32,000 bases of DNA, from positions 1,740,001-1,772,000 of the forward strand of contig JAIZWK010000001.1 in NCBI GenBank assembly GCA_021498095.1, given 5' to 3'. A program made the translations under genes and the position numbers. Each line of letters starts with the position of its first letter. The first letter of the stretch is position 1. Positions 1-8,859 of this stretch are shown one piece after another. This stretch comes from Candidatus Harpocratesius repetitus (GTDB lineage Archaea; Asgardarchaeota; Lokiarchaeia; Sigyniarchaeales; Promethearchaeaceae). The notes under the pieces are model-generated. The model saw only the letters and a list, made by a program, of their open reading frames with translations. It did not search any database and had not been told where the DNA came from.

Positions 1-2
1 CT

Positions 3-488
3 GATGTAGTTTGTCCTGCAGATGGAACTGTTGTATCCATAGAGCAAGTTAATGATTTACTCTCAATTTATATTGAAATGCACTATTATAATGTTCATGT
101 TGTTCGATCGCCTTGTAATTTGATTGTGGATGAAGTAATTCGGCAAAAAGGTAAACATCATTTGGTTTATTTTGTTAAAACATCTACAAAGACAACCACA
201 AAAGCAATATTGAAAAATGCTCGAACTATTGTAAAATTGAAGAATGAATCTGGAGAAAAAATTGATTATTATATGATCTGTGGTGCATTTTTCCGAAGAG
301 CCAAACCTTATGTAAAAGCTGGTGATAAACTATCTGCTGGCGATCGGGTTGGCATGATTGTATTTGGAAGTACGTTAAAAATGGTTATTCCCTTTCACAA
401 TCAGAGTTGTTGTGTAAAAGTAGGTGAAAAAGTTCGTGCAGGGAAGACTATATTATTTCAAAAAGAGGTTGATGTAAAAAATGGATGA
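3..488 (+). CDS. psd: Phosphatidylserine/archaetidylserine decarboxylase proenzyme, 5'-truncated by the window edge
   Basis: The frame is open from base 3 (DVVCPADGTVVSIEQ...), upstream of the track ATG at 78. It has the xPADG motif, HVVRSP, and C-terminal GDRVGMIVFGST containing the G|S self-cleavage site of PSD proenzymes. Confidence 0.85.
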   Translation, partial: DVVCPADGTVVSIEQVNDLLSIYIEMHYYNVHVVRSPCNLIVDEVIRQKGKHHLVYFVKTSTKTTTKAILKNARTIVKLKNESGEKIDYYMICGAFFRRAKPYVKAGDKLSAGDRVGMIVFGSTLKMVIPFHNQSCCVKVGEKVRAGKTILFQKEVDVKNG

Positions 489-1419
489 TTCAGATGAAAG
501 CGAAATAAGTGAAATGATCAATTCGTGGTTGGATGCGAATATGGAAGTTTTCGGTGAAATTTTAGAAGAGTGGGAAGAAAATAACTATGTTCAGCCCTTT
601 TTGGATAGTAAAGTCAATTTTCAATGCAATGATTGCGGAAAATGCTGTAATTTTCACGACCACTGGGTATGGGTGTATCCTTATGATATGGTACGATGGT
701 TACAAAAAATAGATGAAGAAGAAAAGATCCCACTATTTCTCAGTGCTTTGTTTCCTGTTGAGGATCTTGATGGAATTTCTGGGTATGGACTTCCTTCCCA
801 AAGAGAAATTTCTGAACGCTATGATGAAATGATTCGCCAAAATAAAAAAAATCCTTTGGTTCAGAAAACACTTCGGGCAATACTTTCTTATTTACGGAAA
901 ATCAACCCCCAATTTAATCCAAAATCGGAATTTTGCATCTATTATTCACCAAATCTCTCGGGTAAATCGGGACATTGTTTGATCTATCCATATCGGCCAA
1001 TACAATGTCGCTCCTATCCATATGATTATCCTCAATTTACTAAATTTGTAATTCCTGGCCTTGAAGAAAAGGAAAATACTCAAGATTCTCCTATGTGTCC
1101 TGAAGAAACTTATATTGGTGGGAGTTCCATAAATGGTGTTCAGATTTCAGAGGAACAGCTTGAAAATGTCATTATTGAAAAAGCGAATTATAAAACTTCT
1201 GCCGTAATTTATGACTGGAGTCAAGAATCGGAAGAATGGAATCAAATTAAAGAAACTGATTTATGTGATTTATTATTGCAGTATTTTCATAAAGATATCT
1301 TGGTGTTAAGCAGAGAAAAGCGGTTTTTTCAAGATGATTCACAAGAAAAAAATCAAAAAAAAAAAGATGCAAACAAGACTCATATTGCAGGGAAGCGACC
1401 TATTCGTAAAAAAAGGTGA
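481..1419 (+). CDS. YkgJ/FliB-like cysteine-cluster (Zn/Fe-S chelating) protein
   Basis: CNDCGKCC near the N-terminus, then C-x-YY, CLIYPYRPIQCRSYP and a terminal CP. Overlaps the psd stop by 8 nt. Confidence 0.8.
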   Translation: MDDSDESEISEMINSWLDANMEVFGEILEEWEENNYVQPFLDSKVNFQCNDCGKCCNFHDHWVWVYPYDMVRWLQKIDEEEKIPLFLSALFPVEDLDGISGYGLPSQREISERYDEMIRQNKKNPLVQKTLRAILSYLRKINPQFNPKSEFCIYYSPNLSGKSGHCLIYPYRPIQCRSYPYDYPQFTKFVIPGLEEKENTQDSPMCPEETYIGGSSINGVQISEEQLENVIIEKANYKTSAVIYDWSQESEEWNQIKETDLCDLLLQYFHKDILVLSREKRFFQDDSQEKNQKKKDANKTHIAGKRPIRKKR

Positions 1420-1425
1420 AAACAT

Positions 1426-1914
1426 ATGGCTGATAAATCGATTTTATCCGTAGTAGAGACCTTATCAAATCAATCTCTGGAAAAATATCAAAAATTAATC
1501 TATAATGCTGATTTTTGGCGTCCATTAATCCCTCTCAAAACTCCCGTTTTTCAAAAAACTTCAGAATTCACCTTTGAGTTTGAAATTGATGATGATATAA
1601 AGTTAGAACCTACAGGAAATTTAACCCGTCATTTTCATGCCAAAGGTAAGATTAATGTTGAAGATTGTGGTGTGCAAGATCATCGTGGTTCATTATGGAT
1701 TGTGCGGATATATTTAATAAATCCAGAGGTTCAAGTTGTTGCTCGAGTTCGTGCAAAAGATTTAACTGATAAAAAAGCGTTAAAAATTGGTATTTTTATC
1801 CTTTCCATTGATTATAACACAAGTATTAAAGAAAATATTGCTTTTGATGCAGTTCTTTTTGCTATACGCCTATACCTTCGGGAATTGATTCAAAAAGCCA
1901 GCTCGTTGCTTTAA
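1426..1914 (+). CDS. Hypothetical protein (beta-rich, possibly SRPBCC/CoxG-like fold)
   Basis: 162-aa ORF in operon spacing (6-nt gap). Alternating beta-strand pattern followed by a C-terminal helix. The fold call is tentative. Confidence 0.6.
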   Translation: MADKSILSVVETLSNQSLEKYQKLIYNADFWRPLIPLKTPVFQKTSEFTFEFEIDDDIKLEPTGNLTRHFHAKGKINVEDCGVQDHRGSLWIVRIYLINPEVQVVARVRAKDLTDKKALKIGIFILSIDYNTSIKENIAFDAVLFAIRLYLRELIQKASSLL

Positions 1915-1971
1915 ACAATATTGAACCATTTTTTTTTAATAAGATCTAATATTATAAACACAAGGGTTATT

Positions 1972-2475
1972 ATGGTTAAACTCAACTGGTTTCGAGGCAA
2001 ATCTTTAGGACTGGCATTAATTTATTTGGGAATAATGGGCATTTATCAACTTTTATTTATGGTTTTAGCCCAATATGGATTACAGATTGGCTCTCGCCCA
2101 ATTATTATATTAGTTCCTATTGGCGTTATTTTAGCAACTTTTTACAGCGTAATCATCTTATTTGAAACAAATACCACTATGATTCAATATCGCCAAAAAA
2201 TGAAATATAAAAATAAGAAGAAAAAAAAGAAGAAAGTTTCATCAAAACAAGCCTTTCTTTCAGCAATATCTGTTTTATGGAAAAACACATATATCAGACC
2301 TATCTTTTATACAGTGATTGTTTTTGCTACTGTTTTTGGTTTAAGTTATTGGGTTTGTACTTTGTTTGTTGAAGAAATTTCTTCAGTTTTTGTTTTAGCA
2401 GATAATATTGGAGCCATTGGATGTATTCTGTTTGCTAATTATTTCGATCAAACAACAAACAAAAAAGTAAAGTAA
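1972..2475 (+). CDS. Hypothetical membrane protein, about 4 TM helices with a poly-Lys cytoplasmic loop
   Basis: Four hydrophobic segments and a KNKKKKKKK loop. ATG at 1972 (MVKLNWFRG) is preferred over the track TTG at 1921. Confidence 0.7.
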   Translation: MVKLNWFRGKSLGLALIYLGIMGIYQLLFMVLAQYGLQIGSRPIIILVPIGVILATFYSVIILFETNTTMIQYRQKMKYKNKKKKKKKVSSKQAFLSAISVLWKNTYIRPIFYTVIVFATVFGLSYWVCTLFVEEISSVFVLADNIGAIGCILFANYFDQTTNKKVK

Positions 2476-2620
2476 ATTGATAATTTGAACATCTGATTGC
2501 TTAAATTCCAAATATATATCACATTTTTTCTTTAATCTTCCATTTTTCTTTACCCATGATTTTAAATTATTAGAATCCCAAAATTATATACGATAAGTAA
2601 AAGTTATAATTGTATTAGTA

Positions 2621-3340
2621 GTGATCAGATTGCACATTAACATTAATTGTCCTTATTGTGGTCATCGAATGGAATTTGATTTTCTTGCTTCACAGATTCC
2701 AGAAGTTATCTGTGAATTGTGTGGATCTCCGTTAAATGATGAAATTACAGAAGCGATCAAGAACTATAATCTTTCCATAAAAAGTAAAACTGAATCTATG
2801 TATCAAACAAATCAATATGGATCTGGTGCAAAACATCAGCAAGTTGGTTCACAAACTCCATTTCCTAAATCATCTAGTCGTCCGATACAAACACCTCCAT
2901 TTTCATCGCCAATTAATACTCCATCTTCATCTTCAACTCCTTCTTCATTACCACCTAAAAACGGTGCATTACTCGTCTTTCCGCAAATTCACAAGCAAAT
3001 TCAAATTTTACCCACAGAAACTGTATTTTATTTTGGAAGGAATACCATATTACCTTTAGTTTCACCATCTGAATATGATGTAGAATGGTTGAATTCAATT
3101 TCGAGGGTAAAAAAAGATAGTTATAAGCGAATAATTCACCAACATTTTATTATTCGAAAAGAACGTAATGGACAATATACTATCGAAGATAATCGTAGTC
3201 GATGGGGTACTTGGGTTAATCGCCAGCAAATAAAAGGTAGAGGGCCTATTCCTTTAATTAATGGGGATAAAATCGAATTAATGCTCTCTAAACCTGGTAC
3301 AAAAAAAATAGTGCCTTTCGAAATTATCTTTTATTCATAA
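2621..3340 (+). CDS. Zinc-ribbon + Ser/Pro/Thr-rich linker + FHA domain protein
   Basis: CPYCGH...CELCG, then the linker SSSRPIQTPPFSSPINTPSSSSTPSSLPP, then FHA motifs FGR, SR, QHF, DNRSRWGTWVN and LINGDKIEL. Confidence 0.8.
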   Translation: MIRLHININCPYCGHRMEFDFLASQIPEVICELCGSPLNDEITEAIKNYNLSIKSKTESMYQTNQYGSGAKHQQVGSQTPFPKSSSRPIQTPPFSSPINTPSSSSTPSSLPPKNGALLVFPQIHKQIQILPTETVFYFGRNTILPLVSPSEYDVEWLNSISRVKKDSYKRIIHQHFIIRKERNGQYTIEDNRSRWGTWVNRQQIKGRGPIPLINGDKIELMLSKPGTKKIVPFEIIFYS

Positions 3341-3369
3341 TTATTTTCTTAATTATTCTTTTTTTGACT

Positions 3370-4416
3370 TCATTCCTCGAATATTTTAGTGATTTCATCT
3401 ATGTGAGAATATTTTAAAGGAGTTCGACTACCATCTTCTTCAATATACTCGTATTCATCATCATTGCTTGTTAAATGACCAATTTTAGACACTTCAATTT
3501 CCTGTTGTTGGAGAAAATTAATGATCCGTGTAGAATCATTTGGATGAACCGCGGCAATTAAACAACCAGAAGAGATCAATCCAAAAGGATCAATATCAAA
3601 AATTCTACTGAATTTAGCAGTTAAAGGATGCACAAGTATTTTTTTTCGTTTAACGATCAATCCACATTTAGAATTTTGAGCTAATTCAACTAATCCCATA
3701 TTTAATCCTCCTTCAGTGGGACCATGTAATGCATGTATATCAAAATTTTGAGTAAGGAGTTCTGCTTCTTTAATAATGCTGATTCCAGGATGATATAAAT
3801 AATCTTGACCTTTTTTAATCATTTCAAGTGAAATTCCCTTTTGCTGTAGATATTTTGGGCGTTCTCTCGCCATAATTGAAGTTCCTTCTATCCCAATTGA
3901 ATTGATTAATAGTATATCATCATTTGGTTGTCCTCCAAAAGTGGAGACTACTTTTTTTTCAAATGGAATTAATCCCATCATGGTTCCGATTACAATTGGG
4001 CGGTTTAAACCAATTGTTACTTCTGTATGTCCTGCAACAACTGCAATATTCAGTTTTTGACATTCTTGAGAAATGCTTTGAAAGATAGAATTGCAAAGTT
4101 TTATATCTGTTCGCCTTTCAGGAAAAAGAATTGTGGTAGTGAACCATTTAGGGGTTGCACCTGATAAGGCAATATCATTAGCATTTAGAATTACAGCATA
4201 ATACCCGATATCATTAGTTGCAAAAGTAACTGGATTAGTTTTTACCACCAGGAACGATTTTTCTACCTTAAATACTCCAGTATCTTGGCCAAAAGTAGGC
4301 GAAATGACTATATTTGCATCTTTAGGTGCTAATTTGAAGTATTCTAAAAGTTTTTTCATTAATGAAGGTGGTAATTTTCCAGGTTCAAAAATTGGTAGGG
4401 GCGCTGTCATTTTCAT
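3370..4416 (-). CDS. AIR-synthase-related (HypE/ThiL/PurM superfamily) protein
   Basis: GKLP, GQDTG, NANDIALSGATP, VAGHTEVT, PTEGG and LISSGCLI motifs. 4-nt overlap with the upstream gene. Confidence 0.85.
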   Translation of the reverse strand: MKMTAPLPIFEPGKLPPSLMKKLLEYFKLAPKDANIVISPTFGQDTGVFKVEKSFLVVKTNPVTFATNDIGYYAVILNANDIALSGATPKWFTTTILFPERRTDIKLCNSIFQSISQECQKLNIAVVAGHTEVTIGLNRPIVIGTMMGLIPFEKKVVSTFGGQPNDDILLINSIGIEGTSIMARERPKYLQQKGISLEMIKKGQDYLYHPGISIIKEAELLTQNFDIHALHGPTEGGLNMGLVELAQNSKCGLIVKRKKILVHPLTAKFSRIFDIDPFGLISSGCLIAAVHPNDSTRIINFLQQQEIEVSKIGHLTSNDDEYEYIEEDGSRTPLKYSHIDEITKIFEE

Positions 4417-4973
4417 TTCCTCTGATATAAATTTTGATTGTGTGTATCTGCAGTAACAATTAATGGTCCAAATTTATTAACTTCAAAAAACCAGACCGCT
4501 TCTGGTGTCCCCAAGTCTAACCATTCAATATTTACGATTTTTTTTATAAATTTAGACATCAATGCACCTACACCCCCTGGAAATGAGAGATATATTGCAT
4601 TAATGCGGTTCCAATTGATATTGGACATTCCACCTTTACCTATCACGAAAGCGACACCTAATGTTTGACATACTTCTTCTTGATATGGTTCCATACGGGC
4701 ACTTGTTGTTGGTCCACCAGAAACTATTTGATATTCATTTTTTTCATTCTTCTTAACAATAGGACCCATATGATAAATCGCGCCCTTGTCAAAAAATGAA
4801 AATGAATCAGGAAGGATTCTATCTGAATTTCGATACTCTAAAATTCGTTTATGAACATGATCTCTTCCTGTGCCAATAGTACCAGAAAGATAAATGATAT
4901 CCCCTACATGAAAATCATGAATATCATAATCTTTCAGGGGAAGTTTGATATTATATGTTTTCATTAATTTCAC
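4413..4973 (-). CDS. Class I fumarate hydratase / tartrate dehydratase-type hydro-lyase, beta subunit
   Basis: VGDIIYLSG...TGRD, IYHMGP, GPTTSARM, IGKGG, WLDLGTPEA and FGPLIVTAD. Confidence 0.92.
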   Translation of the reverse strand: MKLMKTYNIKLPLKDYDIHDFHVGDIIYLSGTIGTGRDHVHKRILEYRNSDRILPDSFSFFDKGAIYHMGPIVKKNEKNEYQIVSGGPTTSARMEPYQEEVCQTLGVAFVIGKGGMSNINWNRINAIYLSFPGGVGALMSKFIKKIVNIEWLDLGTPEAVWFFEVNKFGPLIVTADTHNQNLYQRK

Positions 4974-5913
4974 CTAATCCTGCGTTCTTTTTTTCTGGTT
5001 GGAATTTATATTCTGAATTTAAAGTTCCAAATAAGACTTTCCCATTTTTTGTGATCTTACATGAGCGAATGCGGTGAGAATAGCAATCAATTACAATTCC
5101 AAGGGGGTATGTTGCGGGATGTCTCATTGAACGCTCAACATGAACATCTAAACACGTGCATGAGCCACCTAATCCCATTATTCCAATATCAAGTTTATTT
5201 ATTTCATGTAAAAGTTTATTTTCTAAATCTGCTAAGTCAGAATCTAAATTACGTGATGATATTGGTCTTAAAAGTGATTTTTTTGCTAAAAACATTGATT
5301 TTACTGCGTCACCTCCAATACCGACCCCAACAATTATTGGAGGGCATGGTTTACTTCCAGCTTGTTTAATGGTTTCAATGACTGTAGGAATAATTAGTTC
5401 TTTTCCAGAAGAAGCAGATAACATATATAATTTAGACATGTTTTCTGATCCACCTCCTTTATTTAGAAGTGTGATTATCAAATCTTCAGATTTTTGAATT
5501 ATTTCAATATAAATAGGAGGATAATTGAGACCTAAATTGTTTTGAGGATTCTTATTTGAAATTGGATCAACAGTATTGGGGCGTATTATTGCTTCATTAG
5601 TCAATTTTTCAATACTTTTTTCAATTTGCTTTTTAAAATCTGATATTATTGGAAATGAATCACCTAATTGAATGAAAAAATTCAGATGACCTGTATCTTG
5701 GCAAATTGGAATTCTATTCATTTTTCCATATTCTAAGTTTTCTTTCATAAGTTTCAGTTGAATTGCAGCAACTGATTCTGGTTGAATTTGATCTTGGCAT
5801 TCTTGTATCTTCTGCATTACATTATCAGGAACTGAAGTAGAAGATTTTAAAATCAATTGATATATTGCATTTTCAATAATTTTAGCTAAATGTATCTTGA
5901 AAGAAATCTCCAT
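4951..5913 (-). CDS. Class I fumarate hydratase / tartrate dehydratase-type hydro-lyase, alpha (Fe-S) subunit
   Basis: PICQDTG, IRPN, KGGGSEN, CPPIIVGVGIGG, GIMGLGG, HPA and DCYSHR. Overlaps the beta subunit. Confidence 0.92.
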   Translation of the reverse strand: MEISFKIHLAKIIENAIYQLILKSSTSVPDNVMQKIQECQDQIQPESVAAIQLKLMKENLEYGKMNRIPICQDTGHLNFFIQLGDSFPIISDFKKQIEKSIEKLTNEAIIRPNTVDPISNKNPQNNLGLNYPPIYIEIIQKSEDLIITLLNKGGGSENMSKLYMLSASSGKELIIPTVIETIKQAGSKPCPPIIVGVGIGGDAVKSMFLAKKSLLRPISSRNLDSDLADLENKLLHEINKLDIGIMGLGGSCTCLDVHVERSMRHPATYPLGIVIDCYSHRIRSCKITKNGKVLFGTLNSEYKFQPEKKNAGLGEINENI

Positions 5914-6160
5914 GATGTCTGGTTAAATAAGGTTTCCAAGTTAAAAAGTGTTGTATCAATGAATTATTAATATAGAAATTAAACGATTTTGATTAAAAGA
6001 AAAATAATTATAGGGATGGAGCACTCAACAAGAAATAATTGATAATTTGAAGATAAATTAGAAACTTTAATAAAGAAAAAAAATCGCATAATTTGTATAT
6101 AATAATACATTTCTATTAATTCCATAATTTGAATTAAGTAAATGAATTAAAGTTGATAAA

Positions 6161-8110
6161 TTGGGGATACAATTGACTGAAAAATTACATTCCTTTCTTG
6201 AGCGAATAGCAGCGAATTTTACTGAAAATTGGTACAACATTCGGAATTTACAAGATTGGATGTTAGATGAGATCTACCGAAAACGAAAAACATTTCCATT
6301 TTGGAGAAAGAAAGTTCGTTTTGCATTTGCATCTTGGCAGAGAAAATACTATAAAAGACATATTTCTCAAAAAGGCAAAAAAGAAAATCCTAATTTATCA
6401 CGATTTTTTTATTATAAGTTTGATTGGTTGTTTCGATATTTTTTCGAGAATATGTTTTTAGGATTTAATGTTAAACAGTTAAAATTGCTCAGTTTAGAAG
6501 GTAATATACGTCCTAATTCAGATCTATTCTTTTTATATGAGTATTCATTAAATAATGAAGAAATTGAGGAATTTCTTAAATTTAAAAAAAAATATCATCA
6601 TCCTGACCATTATTATCGAATTATATCTTATATTTTTAATTCAATAGTAATTGTTTTTAGTAAATTAATTACAGATATCATAAAAGCTAAAATTTCTTTT
6701 AATATAATATCTGCTAAAATTGATACAGATCCTGAAAAAAATACTCATAATCTAAATTTCCTAATTCATTTTCAAAAACCTGAGACTGAATTCTTAAAAT
6801 CATTTTTAAATTCACTTATTTATGATTTTGCTGAATTAATTCCTGGAATGGATAAAAATTTATTGTCAAAACTCTATCAACGAAAAGGGAAATTATATCC
6901 TATGGCTTTAAAAGTATATCCTTATAGCAAAACAAATGTTGTTAGAGTTTTTTATACATTACAACGTAAATCACAAGTTTTAGGTCATATTACACCTTTA
7001 CTTGATATTCTTAATTTTATTGCAGCTCGAGTTGAAGATTCTATCTATAATACTTCAGAATTAGTACATGAAATTCTTATTGAAAAACAGACCCACCTAA
7101 TTCATTTTGGACAACTTGAAGTATATGAAGAAGTATTTCGTTTTTTAAATGAAAGTGCCTCAATTTTTTCCACCTTTCAATCTAATAACAGGGCAGCCCT
7201 TTACCGACAGTATCAGTTATTTTTCTTCTACAGCCAATATTTTCTCCCCTTTGAAATTTTAGCAAATCCACAGCAAGAAACTTTCTTTTTTCCTGAAATT
7301 TTTGAGAAAAATCTACAAACTCATTTTTCGAAAAAATCAAGTTTTACTCAGTCTTTTTCCATCTTAAATTTATTTTTAATGCAAGGTATTCAATTTGGAT
7401 TGGATGAAGTATTAGATAAAATTTTTACCATAATATTTAAGCAGTCAATTCATCACCTAAATGTAAGTTTTTTTGAATCTCTGCTAAAATCCATAAATCA
7501 AAAACTTCATAACATACTAAATAAGTCAATCCCAAAATCAGTTCCATATTTTGTTTATTTTAACGAAATGGTTCATGTAATGTGCGTAATAATGAAAAAT
7601 TTAGTAATGCGCATTTTCATTCGAGAGGATCCTTCTCTAGCAATGGAAAACTTTCGAGATAATTTGACGCGATATACTCCTCAACAAATTGCATTACGTG
7701 TGTTAGAATTGCGTATTTTTAAAGAAATCCCTTTAGCTGATAACAATTGGCAGGATTATTACCTTAGTCGGAATAAAAATACTGTAAAGCGGGTATTTGC
7801 GAAATACTACGAGATCCCTGATAATTATTTCTTCACAGAAGAACGATTATTAAAGATAAATATGAATTACGAACGTGGCATTCTCAATGAAACGCCTTTA
7901 TTAGAAAAATGGCTTATAATGAATATTTTAGAGCCTTTTGATAATTTCTATAAAATCATAAAGAAAAAACTAGGTCGAAAACCAACTATCTCGAAAATCC
8001 GTCAGATAATTTTTGAACATTTCTCAAAGGGAATTATCGATGCAGCAAAACTCGAAAAAATTGAAGATTATGCAGCATATTTTGCTGAATTATGGGATGC
8101 TTGTTCATAG
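6161..8110 (+). CDS. Large hypothetical protein (649 aa), no recognisable domain
   Basis: Long uninterrupted ORF with a TTG start, divergent from the fumarase operon across an AT-rich gap. Confidence 0.75.
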   Translation: MGIQLTEKLHSFLERIAANFTENWYNIRNLQDWMLDEIYRKRKTFPFWRKKVRFAFASWQRKYYKRHISQKGKKENPNLSRFFYYKFDWLFRYFFENMFLGFNVKQLKLLSLEGNIRPNSDLFFLYEYSLNNEEIEEFLKFKKKYHHPDHYYRIISYIFNSIVIVFSKLITDIIKAKISFNIISAKIDTDPEKNTHNLNFLIHFQKPETEFLKSFLNSLIYDFAELIPGMDKNLLSKLYQRKGKLYPMALKVYPYSKTNVVRVFYTLQRKSQVLGHITPLLDILNFIAARVEDSIYNTSELVHEILIEKQTHLIHFGQLEVYEEVFRFLNESASIFSTFQSNNRAALYRQYQLFFFYSQYFLPFEILANPQQETFFFPEIFEKNLQTHFSKKSSFTQSFSILNLFLMQGIQFGLDEVLDKIFTIIFKQSIHHLNVSFFESLLKSINQKLHNILNKSIPKSVPYFVYFNEMVHVMCVIMKNLVMRIFIREDPSLAMENFRDNLTRYTPQQIALRVLELRIFKEIPLADNNWQDYYLSRNKNTVKRVFAKYYEIPDNYFFTEERLLKINMNYERGILNETPLLEKWLIMNILEPFDNFYKIIKKKLGRKPTISKIRQIIFEHFSKGIIDAAKLEKIEDYAAYFAELWDACS

Positions 8111-8146
8111 AATCGATTTATTCATAATAGTAGATAGTGTTCAAGA

Positions 8147-8752
8147 TCAAATTAAGTTAAATATTTTTAAAATAAGATTAGGGTTGGTTAGGCAGTTAAT
8201 CATAGGGATTTGAAGCTGTTTAGTAAGATTTTCAATATTATCCTGATTTGAAGTAATCTTTCCTGAAATTACTTTGATATTAGGATTCATTTGTTTTTGG
8301 ATATCTTCAATAGTATCAGCACAGAGAATATGGGGTCCAGGAAAATTGCGAAATCCTTCTGAGATTACTAAAATTTTTTTATCGGGATGTAGATCTTGAA
8401 AAAAGGCAATTGTTATTATACAATATTTTTCATATTGCTCATCATTTAACGATTCATTCATAAAAGATGCAATCTCGACCTGTGTTCGCCCAATAACCAA
8501 TCCTGCACCTTTTCGTGAATATTTCCAAGTATTTTTTCCAGGAGTATCGAAAATTGGAGAACTATGGTTGGTTTTTTTCATTACCACACATTGAAATCCA
8601 ATTTGTGTTGCAGATGTTATTATTTTTTCAATAGAAGCAGTTTTTCCAGAGTGGGAATATCCGATAAAAGAGATTAAAGGAATTTTTTTATCCGACAAAT
8701 ACGAAAACAATGGAGATTTGGATTTATTTGTTTCTTGTATTGAAATCACCAT
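8147..8752 (-). CDS. mobB: Molybdopterin-guanine dinucleotide biosynthesis protein B (P-loop)
   Basis: FIGYSHSGKT P-loop, the MobB signature FDTPGKNTW..SRKGA, and LVISEGFR. Confidence 0.8.
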   Translation of the reverse strand: MVISIQETNKSKSPLFSYLSDKKIPLISFIGYSHSGKTASIEKIITSATQIGFQCVVMKKTNHSSPIFDTPGKNTWKYSRKGAGLVIGRTQVEIASFMNESLNDEQYEKYCIITIAFFQDLHPDKKILVISEGFRNFPGPHILCADTIEDIQKQMNPNIKVISGKITSNQDNIENLTKQLQIPMINCLTNPNLILKIFNLI

Positions 8753-8859
8753 GATAAGTGTGTTGACATTCGATTTAATATAATTATCAAAAGGAATAAA
8801 ATTTTTGAACCTTCGTGCAGAAAAGTAAATAAGTTATATAAAGTTACGTTTGTGTTCCT

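Noticed and set aside
1417-1426. TGA stop in frame with the next ORF (possible Sec or readthrough fusion)
   Set aside because: In-frame spacing has about a 1 in 3 chance. The TGA follows a basic low-complexity tail, not a catalytic Cys position, and no SECIS-like element was seen.
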